Assembly (NCBI RefSeq): GCF_018350175.1
Contig: NC_058368.1
Span: forward strand, 164,364,001 to 164,428,000
DNA length: 64,000 bases
From: Felis catus
Lineage: Eukaryota
Reading direction: 5' to 3'
The first letter of the stretch is position 1. The number at the start of each line of letters is the position of its first letter. Of this stretch, positions 49,946 to 62,099 are shown in pieces. Position numbers and translations under genes: made by a program. The notes beneath the pieces are model-generated. The model did not search any database. It saw only the letters and a program-made list of their open reading frames with translations, and was not told where the DNA came from.

Positions 49946-50499
49946 GTGGCTTGTTTTTTCTTCAGTCAAACTTTCTCAATATTAATTTTTTTTCACTTCT
50001 CAGATTTTTTATTGTCTATTGGTATTAAATTTCATGCTATTGATGTTTTTAATCCCTTATTTGGGTCTTGGTTATTTTGTGAGAAAGTGGAAGAGGCTAA
50101 TAGTCATATGCTGCTGGCTTGAAAGCCATGATCATGCTTTCACATTTTTGTCATCATATGATTATATTTAACAATACACTATATTTTACTGCTTTTAATT
50201 CTATTATATTAAACAAAGATCTATATTGATAAAATTATATATTAATAACATGGAGAAGTGCCATCCTAGAAAGAATTGAAGATCCACAAGTCACATAATA
50301 ATGTCAATTGTAGTGTGATTAGGAAACCTGAAAGGAAACTGTGATCAATACTCAAGTACTGTCAATTAAATTCAAATGTGAATAATAATAGTGCAGCATT
50401 AATTGGATTTATGTTGTATATAAAATAAAAATATTGGTAAAATTTTATGTTTCATTATAATAAAAGTAGCTCTTAGAGATGTATCTCTAACATACTCTT

Positions 50500-50548
50500 T
50501 TAAAAAATGTTTTTATTTTTGAGAGAGAGAGAGAGGGAGAGGGAGAAG

Positions 50549-50579
<31 letters not shown>

Positions 50580-50754
50580 CGCGAGCGCGCAAGTGGGGGA
50601 GGGGCAGAGAGAGAGGGAGACCCAGAATCCAAAGCAGACTCCAGGCTCGGAGCTGTCAGCACATAGCCTGACTTGGAGCTTGAACTCATGAACTGTGAGA
50701 TCATAACCTGAACCAAAGTCGGATGCTTAACCGACTGAGCCACCCAGGCGCCCC
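50500..50754 (-). mobile_element. Can-SINE (Fc-type) with expanded purine tract
   Basis: TSD tctaacatactctt (50486-50499) / tctaacatattctt (50755-50768). Confidence 0.97.
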
Positions 50755-52694
50755 TCTAACATATTCTTAAGGTCCCCAAAATGGATCTGAATCATACCCA
50801 GTGTATGATAAATTACAAAAATAAGTAAGTTTGGGGAGTAAATGAAGTAGAACCTGTCTGAATCTAAATGTTTTGGTATCATACTCCTGCCACGTCCTCT
50901 AGCACACTAAAATATTTCTGATTGTTGTTGTAATAGCGACTTTTTTTTTCTTATTTATGTAAATCTAAAATTGACAAATAATAGGTAGCCAGAATAAAGA
51001 TCCTTGAGCAATGTATTTTAAGTTTCCAGTCATCTATATCTCAGGAATTAAACAATAGCAGTGATTATGTTTTAGTTATTTTACAAATTTGGTCTATTGT
51101 GTGCTCATCATTTAGAGACGCATATAACAATATACCTCTCTCCAAATAAGATAGTTTGGAAACATCTACAGTAGTACATGCCTTTTTTTCAAATTTTTGT
51201 TCAGTAATTAATTTTTGAAAAAAGTATTGGGTAAGGAGTATAGCTCTATATTAATCCTATTTCTTTAAACAGTTTGCTACTGTGCCAGTTGAAGAGAGAT
51301 ACACTTAGTATATTTTAGTAGCATTGTGTCAACACCTCAATGTGTTTTCATAGTAATGTAATGCTTGCCTTACTAGGAGGCAATAATAAATGAGAGAAGC
51401 ATTAAGAGTAATAACAATTAGAAAACATACCTTTTATATAAAGACCTTTCTAAATTTGTGTTTAAATTAAACTACATGAGAATTATAATACATGTTTAAA
51501 TAAATTTATATTTAAATTATACTTATAATTGAAGTAAAATTATTTATATTAATAATTTATATTTATTATTTGTATGTAATTATAATACAAATATAATTCA
51601 CAATATAATTATATTTATGACAATCCCATGAATTGGGATTTACTTAAGGAAGTCCTAAGTCAATAATATTTGCTGTAGTAAAAAGGGATAATAACTTCTT
51701 ATATATTATTGCATTTAACTATAAACTGCATTATTTTTGTGACAAATGTGAAAAATTGTAATTGTCTCTGACTGCCTCAAAAGTGAATACTGTCAAAGTA
51801 ATTTTTACATTTTGCATTCATACCTTAATGTGTTATATATGATGGGCCTATTTTTAGGTCACATATATTTCTGTATTTAGCTTGAGTTTAATATTGGCAA
51901 TAAAACTTGATCTTGTAGTGGAAGTTGACAATAAATATTCTTTGCAGCCAACTAGATTTTGACATACAATTAAGGAGAGCCTCACAGTGTAATTTTCACA
52001 TAGATCAATAACATTAGAATCTCAGCACAATTCTGCCTCTGCTAATACAAATGAAGGCTTCATTTTAAATTAGTTTAGCTAAAATGGAATTACTCAAGTA
52101 ATGTTAGATAAAATATCTTTCTTTAGCCAGTGTTGAGGACTTCACATAAGAAAAGACAAATATTTAAGCAACAATTTAATCATGCATTTTTTGGCACTTA
52201 TTAAAGTTATGACACAGATAGTTTGTTATACAGAAAAAGGCTAATTTTATAATACATAAGCAAGTAGATTATTGGATTTGTTCATTGACAAAGATATGTT
52301 TATCTTTTGCATAGTAAGTCCAGCCTTTATTTTTTTCACTATAAAATGTATCTGTATGTTGAAAACATCTGGAAACAAGGGATGAGGAAAGGATAGAATA
52401 ACGTCTATCCTGACAATGACTCTGTTTTTTATTTTTTTTTATTTTTATGTCCCCATATTTTCACAAAATTCTAATTCTCTGCATCAGATTTTGTCTATCT
52501 AAATTATACTTTTTCACTTAGAATCCACATTATCCCCTTTGTTCATCTGGAGGTACAGAGGGAAAAAAAGAGACAATGTAGTCATAAAATGAAACCTTTT
52601 CAATTGGGCTATGTGTCAAGAACCTGCAGTCACTAGTGAAAAATACATTAAATAAAAAATATAAAATATAGTAGTTCTAGAACATTTAGTAAAA

Positions 52695-52765
52695 CCTGCT
52701 TAGCTGGGATTTAAATTCAGGAGTTCTGACTGCAGAATCCATACGCTTAACCACCATGCTATGTA
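52695..52765 (-). mobile_element. MIR fragment
   Basis: agctgggatttaaattcaggagttctgactgcagaatccatacgcttaaccaccatgct. Confidence 0.75.
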
Positions 52766-53519
52766 CAACCTCTCTGATCACTTTTTATGTCCACGGAGGC
52801 CTTTAATGATGATATACTTTCCACTTTACTAATTAGTATTAGAAAACTCAAGTTACTTTCACGTGTTTAATAGCATACAAGAAGATTTATATCTCAATAG
52901 GCTGTACAAAAATGTGTAGTGACTGTTTCAGAGTCTGGCTCTCAGGGCCATAGGGAATGTGTATTTGATTGAGCAATGAGTCTTTCTTGTTAAGACTATG
53001 GAAGTTGTGAAATCAGTTTATTTTTCCTTTCTTCTGAATCTTTTCATGCGTCAGCTGTAATGCTGTTTGAATGAAAGACATTTGATTACCATCTATGTTC
53101 TTCCCTAAAACTGAATGGAGAGCTTTGTGGAAGATTGGCAGGCTTGAATAGTGGACAATTTTGACATTGGCAGTGTTGCAACAGGAGAGAACTTGCAATT
53201 CCTCTGTTCTATGGTTGTCAAAGAAGATTTTAGTGCCAAGCTTGGCATAAGTTTCAGAGCTTTTTACTTTATGAATTACTGATTCCCTAAGAAGCCTAAG
53301 CCATGTCTTTCTTTTCCAAGAAGGTGGTCCCGTTGTTCAACTAGTTTAAGAGACTGTAGTGGTTTGTCATGGTCTTTTCATTTGGATACCAATACCAATC
53401 ATATTTTTCTCTGTGATACAAAAGACCTTAGAGAATATATATGAATCCCACTCAATCCTATTCAAAATCTGTATTATTAGAAAATGCTGTCTGGATAAAT
53501 GTCACAATTCTCCTTCCTG

Positions 53520-53740
53520 GGTACAGCTTCTGGAATCAGATAGATAGGTCTTATTCCTGTTTCATTGGCTTGGTAACTCTGGCAACTTTGAATGAATGCC
53601 TAATATGCTTCTTAATATGTTAAATAGGTATAATAATAAGACTTATTTCATAGTATTTGTATGAGGAATAATTGAGATATTCTTACTAAGTAGTTAGCTC
53701 TGCCTGGTACATAGCCAACATTCAATAAATATTAAGTGCC
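53520..53740 (+). mobile_element. MIR
   Basis: ctggaatcagatag...gtaactctggcaac...gtatgaggaataattgagat...gcctggtacatag...ttcaataaatatta. Confidence 0.75.
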
Positions 53741-55044
53741 TTCATCATGATTATGCTCATGGACAGAAAGAAGTTAAGGTAAATAAAAACATTATGGAGG
53801 CAGCTTTTATTTCCTTATGCACATGATAAAATATAAGGAAAGAGGGCAAAGGAAGATTGGAGTCGACATGAGTGCATTGTTTCAAAGTAGATTGACATAA
53901 TCTGAAATACAAAAGACTTGGTTATAATCTGAAATAATAAAAATAGGAGAACTCATGGCAGGACTCCCTGGCATATTCAGTAATGCATTATATATCCTAG
54001 AGACCTGGATATTGGTTATCTTTATTAAGTTTTCTCACTTTTTGAGAAACTAGATTTGCCCCGTGCCACATCAAGAGGAGTTAGACTTTTAGCACACAAG
54101 GTGTTAAAAATAGAACCCTTAAAGATAGAAATCCAAAGGAAATAATTGTGAGTGTATTGGACACTTAGGCATGGCTGCTCCAACGTCAGTAAAACACAGG
54201 GGCTATAGGCTTTGGAACCTCACACTGCTCACACTGTTCTTAAGAACAAGGCATAAGAAGTGTCTTTGTAACGATTTGTCTGGGTCTTTCTTATTCATCA
54301 GGATTTATCTGAAATGTACCCTCCATGAGAGGCCATCTCAGTCTACTTGATATTAACACCTCTCTCCCCTTCTTTTATGTTGGCCTCTTTTTTTCCTATT
54401 TATTATACTTATTGTAAATTGTAATTACCTGAATATCATTTTTATCTAGTATCTTCTAATGTCCAGAGTGTAAGAGCCCTATATGTTTAGTTGCTATCAT
54501 GTAGTTGTTTTTGTACAGTAACCCCTTAATACAAGAACAACAATTAACAGTAACAAGGATAATAAAACTTGAGGCACTGTAACTCTACATTTGTCACAAA
54601 ATAAAGGCAAAAGTAAAAGTGTAACCCCTGAACAATGGAGCCCTTTTATGTTATTTCCTCCCTCCTTTGTGGAACTATCACTTGGTTTAACCTGACCTGT
54701 ATCAAAGTGTTGAGGGCAGGGAGGCAAGAAAGTCGTTAGGTGATGTACCATTCTTCCTGCCCCATTTCTACAGCACTCACCGTGGTGATGCTTATTAATT
54801 TTAATACCTCTCTGCTGACTCAGACTTAATAACAAATTATATAACTAAAGTTCATCATAAAATAAAAACTGAGATTTTAAGCACCATCTTCCTAAGCTGT
54901 ATATATTTTTTCAGTTCAGAAACCAGTTTTAAAAATTACATTGTCATGCACTTTTCTGTATTTCATGAGATAGAATAACTTCTAAAGAAAAAGTGATAAT
55001 TTAGGATTAATTACTAGCAAGGTCCCTTGAATAGCATAGCGTTT

Positions 55045-56011
55045 TTTTTTTAATTTTATTTTAACTTGTTTTATTTTTTATTTTTTTAAGTTTACATCCA
55101 AATTAGTTAGCATATAGTGCAACAATGATTTCAGGAGTAAATTCCTTAATGCCCCTTACCCATTTAGCCCATCCCCTCTCCCACAACCCCTCCAGCAACC
55201 CTCAGTTTGTTCTCCATATTTATGAGTCTCTTCTGTTTTGTCCCCCTCCTTGTTTTTTATATTATTTTTGTTTCCCTTCCCTTATGTTCATCTGCTTTGT
55301 CTCTTAAAGCCCTCATATGAGTGAAGTCATATGATTTTTATCTTTCTCTGACTAATTTCACTTAGCATAATACCCTCCAGTTCCGTCCATGTAGTTGCAA
55401 ATGGCAAGATTTCATTCCTTTTGATTCCTGAGTAATTGTGTGTGTATACACACACACACCCACACACACACACACACACACACACCACATTTTCTTTATC
55501 CATTCATCCATCGATGGACGTTTGGGCTCTTTCCATACTTTGGCTATTGTTGATAGTGCTGCTATAAACATGGGGGTGCATGTGTCCCTTCGAAACAGCA
55601 CACCTGTATCCTGTGGATAAATGCCTAATAGTGCAATTGTTGGGTCGTAGGGTAGTTCTATTTTTAGTTTTTTGAGGAACCTCCATACTGTTTTCCAGAG
55701 TGGCTGCACCAGCTTGCATTCCCACCAACAGTGCAAAAGAGATCCTCTTTTTCTGCATCCTCACCAACATCTTTTGTTGCCTGAGTTGTTAATGTTAGCC
55801 ATTCTGACAGGTGTGAGGTGGTATCTCATGGTGGTTTTGATTTGTATTCCCCTGATGATGAGTGATGTTGAGAATTTTTTCATGTGTCAGTTGGCCAGCT
55901 GGATGTTTTCTTTGGAGAAGTGTCTATTCATGTCTTTTGCCCATTTCTTCACTGGATTATTTGTTGTTTGGGTGTTGAGTTTGATAAGTTCTTTATAGAC
56001 TTTGGATACTA
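55045..56011 (-). mobile_element. Felid L1 3' ~1 kb, 5'-truncated, with (CA)n at 55447-55484
   Basis: ORF 55362-55736 ([23 protein letters not shown]) is the ORF2 CCHC region; TSD agcatagcgttt / agcacagtgttt. Confidence 0.95.
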
Positions 56012-57185
56012 AGCACAGTGTTTCTAATTAGTTCATTTTCAGGAAAAAAAATATTTCTTTATTAGGTTAAAAAGTCCCTTTATCCATGTTATATTCCTGG
56101 CCATTGTAGAAAGATTTTTTTGTACCTAAATTAAGAAAGGCTTTAAAGTAAAGGATGTATAAACATACTACCAACATGTGTTTCTGAATGGTAAAAAAAT
56201 CAAAACAAAACAAAAAAAACCTTCCTTCCTTGAAGAAGTAATCACAGTATTCTTTCTCATTGAGAATGAGTGCTGCAACTTTAAGGAAATGCCTTTTATT
56301 TCAATATGGTAGGAGATTCTTGCTAGAATAAGATGGTGCCTAGTGATAGGCTTGAGATTTATACACAGACAAATTGAAGAGAAGCAGTAATTTTCAAATT
56401 CACAACAAGCATATAATTCAAGCTATTTTCAAAATTATTTGATTAAATGGAAAATAATTGCTTTTGAAATAGTTATCAAGTAATAAGTCCTTTTGATTTT
56501 CTCCATTATTTCAGAAGCTGATTTAAAGATGAACAGTACTCTCAGGAGAACACATTTTGATTCCAGGTTTTGATTTCATTGTGTTTGATTAGCAGCTGCT
56601 ATTACAATGAGTCCAAGTTACATGAATGGCCTAGGGAGAGTACTCACAAATGTGACCTCCTAAGGAATGTAGACAATAGCCAAGGGAAATATTTCATTCT
56701 TTGGAGCCTAAGAAAACTATGGAGAAATCACTGTGAATGGCAAAAATCCAAGAGAAGACAGAGAACTGAAAGGACAAGTGTTATGAAACACAGGGTCCTT
56801 AGAAAGGAGAAGTTTGGTTACTAAGCAGTTCATTCTAAGTTACTAGGGATTGCATCTGATATAGTAGGTCTTATATATATTTGAAGTGTTTCCCCAGACC
56901 CAAGTAATTAAAAATATGGAATATGTATGTTAATATGTTAAAGATACACATGCCATTTTTATAAAGTCTCTCTTTAATACTTGTAAAATATAGAATTAAT
57001 CTATGAGAAATGCAAAATTATAAAATGTCATGTATATGGATATGTAAGAAATCTTTGACAAAATTAATTTCCAACATTTATGCCCATTTTAGTATACCTC
57101 AGTGACATTCAAAAAATCCTTTTTGAAGGATTCTTTAAGTATTATTATATATTACAAAAAAGTATAGGATCAAGGTTAAGAAATT

Positions 57186-57365
57186 GGGGCATCTGGCTTA
57201 CTCAGTCGGTAGAGCATCTGACTCTTGATCTCAAGGTTGAGAGTTTATACCCCATGTTGGGTGTGGAGCCTACTTTAAAGAAAGGAAGGAAGGAAGGAGG
57301 GAAAAGAGAAAAGGAAAGAATAGAAAAGAAAAAAAAAGAAAGGAAAAGAAAAGAAAAAAAAGAAG
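57186..57365 (+). mobile_element. Short old Can-SINE (tRNA-Lys-like head, no CT tract) with a long GA-rich tail
   Basis: ggggcatctggcttactcagtcggtagagcatctgactcttgatctcaaggttgagagtt...ggagcctacttt then (GAAA/GGAA)n. Confidence 0.9.
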
Positions 57366-57501
57366 AGAAATACTTGAGTTCCTGGAACTTCAACCTAAGC
57401 TAGTTAGTAATATGTGCCTCAGTGATTCCAATGACAACATGAATACAGTGATACCTACCTCAAAGGGCTGTTGTGCTAAAGATAGATTATACAGAAGTAC
57501 C

Positions 57502-57866
57502 TGTCTTAGTCCTTTCAGGATGCTATGACAAAATACCACAGACTGGATGGCTTGTAAACCACAGAAGTTTATGTCTCACAGTTCTGGAGCTGGGAATTCC
57601 AACATCATGGTGCTGGTAGATTCAGTGTCTTAATAAAGGTCAGCTTCCTGGTTCATAGATGGCTGTCTTCTCATTTTGTCCTCACTTAGTGGAAGGGGAG
57701 AGAGAGTTCTGTACAGTCCCTTTTATAAGAGTACTCACTAATCCTTCATGGCCTTATCACCTCCCGAAGGCTGCACCTCCAAAATACCATCACACTGGGA
57801 TTAGATTTCAACACTAAATTTGGGAGGAGTGGTGGGGGTGGGGGCATAAACACTCAGTTTACAGCA
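57502..57866 (-). mobile_element. MLT1A/MLT1A0 solo LTR inserted in a MIR
   Basis: TG...CA termini (tgtcttagtcc...tttacagca), 365 bp, perfect 5-bp TSD gtacc (57497-57501 / 57867-57871). Confidence 0.93.
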
Positions 57867-59065
57867 GTACCAAACAGAGAAATAGCTAACAGAGGATCCT
57901 CAAAATACCTCACTACTGCCTCATTACTAAGAATGCCACTCTGTAAAATATAAGCATTTTAATGGTATGTATTTTTAAGTGCCTTGCTTTTGATGTACTT
58001 ATATACAGAGGAAAAAAACTTAGTAAAAAAGGAAGACGAAGTAATTCACACATTTGTGGCTATCTTTCTGAGCAAGTGACAGGTGACTCGTGATTGGAAG
58101 ACTGTGTTCAGTTGATGGCACCATTGTGCTCCTGGTAGTCAATGTATTGTTAAGTAGGTTACATGTGTCCTAAAGGCCACGTGATACTTGTTCAAGTTTA
58201 GGAATGCAGTTTCTGTCTTTCTTCCATGATAAATAATTTTTTAAGAGCGAGTTGACCTTAAGATCCCCCAAAAGGAGGTTTGATATTTTCTTCCAGTAGT
58301 AACTTCATAATAACTTGTGAACTTAGAAAGTTGAGACCCCAACAGGTTGCACTGGCTAGTACAAAAAAGACTTTGGTCTAAAATGATGAGTATTGACAGG
58401 CAGCCAACTTAGGTTTTAGAAAAATTTAGTACTTCTGTGAGAAATATCTGATTTTTAAGACCATTGACAACATCCCCACCAAAATGAATGAATTTTAGTG
58501 TCCTCTTGAGTACTGTCTTTGAATGAACTTAGCTGTAGGATATGACTTGATAATTTTAACATTGGAGCTATTCATATAGCTAGCAAGTTTTATCCCTGCT
58601 TAGTTCTACCTCTAGGTCACAATAATAAAGTCACATCCAATAAATAAGAACATTTATGTTCTTATTTTCTATAAAATGCAAATAATCAAACTGTTCATTA
58701 GGTTGGTGACATAGAACATGAAAACACAGATTCTAGAACATGATCTAGTTTTACATAGTTTAGAATTTATAGTCATGTTAAATAGTTTTTGAAGATGTTA
58801 AGCAGCTTGGATTATTCATTAATAAATGCCTGTTTAAAGGACTACAAGTAAGAGTAATCAATAATTTGGTCATATTTTTAAGAAAATTATTTTATAGATG
58901 AAACGATATGGAATAAAAGTATTAAGTGATAGATATCACTTAGTGTAAATTTATCGTATCCCAGACATAGTATTAATTTTTAAAGGATGTTATTCATTAA
59001 ACATTCAATACATCCCTTTAAGAGATAGAGGGCACTATTACTATTAAAAAAAAAAAAAAACTTCA

Positions 59066-59285
59066 GGGGTGCCCAGGTGGCTCAGTCATTTGAGTGTCTG
59101 ACTTCAGCTCAGGTCATGATCTCACAGTTCAGTTCAGGAGTTCAAGCCCCGCATCAGGCTAATTGATATTGATATCAGTGCTAAACCCACTTTGGATCCT
59201 CTGCCCCGCACCCCCACCCCCCGCCCTCTCTGCCCCTCCACCCCTCACACTCTCTCTCAAAAAAGAATAAACATTTTTAAACAAA
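59066..59285 (+). mobile_element. Can-SINE inside an antisense MIR
   Basis: ggggtgcccaggtggctcagtcatttgagtgtctgacttcagctcaggtcatgatctc; MIR motifs on both flanks. Confidence 0.92.
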
Positions 59286-60514
59286 TGAAACTTAAGCTTA
59301 GATCATGAAATTAATTTTCTAAAGTCACAGAACCATTAAGTGTCAGAACGGTATGCAAACTTAATTCCAATGCCAGTGAATTCTTAGGATTGATGCTGTT
59401 TGTTTCTCCTAATGAATATCGTCTTATTCTTCACCTCTCCCACTCTTACTGGCATGAAAACTGAGAACTGAATAATTCCTGTATTTTTATCATGAATTAG
59501 ACAACTTACATTTAAATGTCTTTATGATTAGAGCCTTATCCTTCTGATTTTTGAAAGAGTATATCATTTCTTTGACCCTGAGACATTTCTGTCATTTTCC
59601 CTGAAAACATTTTTGACAGTAAAATCAATTATACTCTGAAAACTTTTTAAATAATACTGACAGAAATGCTGTCAATCGAACGTTCACAAACACAGAACAA
59701 TATTCCTTATATATAATATTCTAGAAAGGTGTCTCTGCTCTGGAAGATTAAAATACTCTTGTAGGAATTAAGAATTAACTAAGCCTTATGGAAGAATAAA
59801 TTAGATTTCTATTTTAGTTTGTACCAGTTAAGGTGCTTTGAACAATGCAAATAACATCTTAATAAGTAATTACAATGGAACTTTGTAGGCTAAAGGTGTT
59901 TTTTATAAATAATGTGTTGAGATCAATTAGCATCCCTAATGAAATATATAGAGCAACTCTAAATGACATAAATTGAAATGTGCAAAAGCAAGGGAATATA
60001 AATTTTCTAAGAGGGATTTACTACACTTACTTTGGAAGCATACCAAAGCTTTCACCTCCTGTGAGCAACATCTGAAATCATGTCAGATAGAATCAAATTA
60101 GATATATTGTCTTTAATAGGGTTTTTCCTTATAGGAAAGGCTTTAGAAGAATGAATCTATATACATACATAGTTTCTACTAGAGTAGACTGTGCCAACAC
60201 TTACATTAAAGACAATTAACAAACAAGAATGAGTATTAGAACAGGATAAAGGTGAGAATATTTGTATAAAAAGCATCCAAGTTTTTAATAGGAGCAATGA
60301 ATTGAGGCAAAAATTGCCAAGAATCTAGTTCTGCCTTTATAAGAAAACTCAGGATTATTCAGTTCTCCCCTTCATGCATTTTATAAGAGAAAGAGTTCAT
60401 ATCTATGATACATTGATGAAATACTGTAAAGCAAACATTTTTATAAAATCATAATATGCAGTACTTATTTTTAGAGCTGTGGCAATACACAGTATATTAT
60501 GCAAAGACCTTTAA

Positions 60515-60650
60515 GGGGATGATGAAGGAGGGGTGAAGAGGGAGCAGTAGGAGTAGAAGGGGTAGAGGGGATGAATGAGAAAAGTCAGGGAAATGAGAGG
60601 AGGTAGAGGAGGGAAGAAGCTGGGGAAGAGGGAAAAGGAACAGGAAATAA
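60515..60650. repeat. GA-rich low-complexity tract
   Basis: Read directly. Confidence 0.8.
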
Positions 60651-61507
60651 AATTTTTCTTTAATTCAGTAATTCAGTTATATTATTTATTATTTTTTTCT
60701 GCATTAAAAAAAGTCACATTTACTTCAAAATAGTCACAAGTTGGACAGCTTCATCTTTTTTCTCTTCAGTTACTGTATAGTACCTGTGGTACTACCCAGT
60801 GCCCCAAGCTAACTTGGTGTTGTTTCAGGTCCTTTTCCTCTTTATTTTCCCTAAGCATCATAGGATCATCCTTTTGTTCCCCTCTGATTCTGTTCATTAT
60901 TTCATTTTATCTTTATAGCCATGAATTTTGCTCATGTACTCTAATGTGGCAAGTTAAAATTTTAAATTATTCTTTATGAAAACTAATTATGAATAAAAAG
61001 GCAAAAGAAACCATACAGAAAACATATATAATAGACCAAAAGTCAGTATCTTAAATATATTAAGAGATGCTTCATACGAGAAAAAGGAAAAATACAATCT
61101 AGGAGAAAAAAAATGGTATGGTGATAAAGGGAGTAATTATCCAGCAAATACATAAAAATATTTAACCTGGATAAATAAGTAAAGAAAAAGAAAACTGTGA
61201 TAATGCTATATCATTTTCATCTTTCAAACTATAAATCAAAGGAACTTTCATACTTAACTATTTGTCTTTTAGGAATCAACTTCAAGGAAATTAACAAGAA
61301 TAAAGCACCTTTACTGCAATACTACTTTTAATAGTGAAACTGAAGGCTTTCTAATATCCCAAAATAGGAGTGTGGTTACTTATATGAATGGATATATGTA
61401 GAGACTTCAATGAATGACAACAGTAGCTTCATTAGGTAATAAAATTATAGGTGGTTTTTATTTTATGTTTTTTGTTTATGTTTTAAAATATATATTTAAG
61501 ACCTTAT

Positions 61508-61760
61508 TGGATAGTCCCCTTTATTATGATATAGTGTCCTTCATCTCTTGTTAACAGTCTTTGGTTTAAAATCTAGTTGGTCTGATACAAGTAATGCTAT
61601 TACAGCTTTATATTCATGTTCATTTGCTTGTTAAATATTTCTCTGTCCCCTCACTTTCAATCTGCAGGTGTCTTTAGGTCTGAAATGAGTCTCTTGTAGG
61701 CAGCATCTAGATGGTCTAGATGGGTCTTATTTTTTATCCATTCTGACACCCTATGTCTTT
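61508..61760 (-). mobile_element. Isolated internal L1 fragment (endonuclease-coding region)
   Basis: Aligns by eye to 37082-37328 (cctcactttcaatctg...aaatgagtctcttgtag...gatgggtcttattttttatccattctga). Confidence 0.9.
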
Positions 61761-62099
61761 ACCAGCTTTAGCTACCTTTGCATTTCCTCTTCGTACATGC
61801 ATGTGGACAACTGTACTTTGGTTGCATGAGAACAAACCCTCTCAAAGCAGAGGAGTTAATCAGTGAGGAGTTATATGGGCTCACATAATTGCTAATTTCA
61901 AAGGTAGGCATGGAACCCTTTGAACTAGAATTAGGCTCATACCATTGAGTATTATGCCTACTGATTCTAGGCATGTCCCTTTCATTTGCTAGCAAAGGTG
62001 AATGCTAAGATTTCAGGCTTCTGTGGCTGTTAATGCCTGAAATTCAAAGAGGTTTCATTAAAATTGTGTGCATATTCACACACACACACACACATACAC

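Noticed and set aside
51440..51620. Extremely AT-rich stretch as a possible MAR or origin
   Set aside because: Low-complexity sequence; nothing beyond composition supports a function
54497..54835. 112-aa ORF with a hydrophobic C-terminus
   Set aside because: Non-ATG start; the Leu/Val run derives from a low-complexity (aac/aat) tract
56490..56572. Strong acceptor ttttctccattatttcag with short open frame (ADLKMNSTLRRTHFDS)
   Set aside because: Only a poor donor (cag|gttttg) follows and the peptide is not recognised
57186..57270. tRNA-Lys-like sequence
   Set aside because: Degenerate Can-SINE head with a retroposed tail; B box and acceptor stem are decayed
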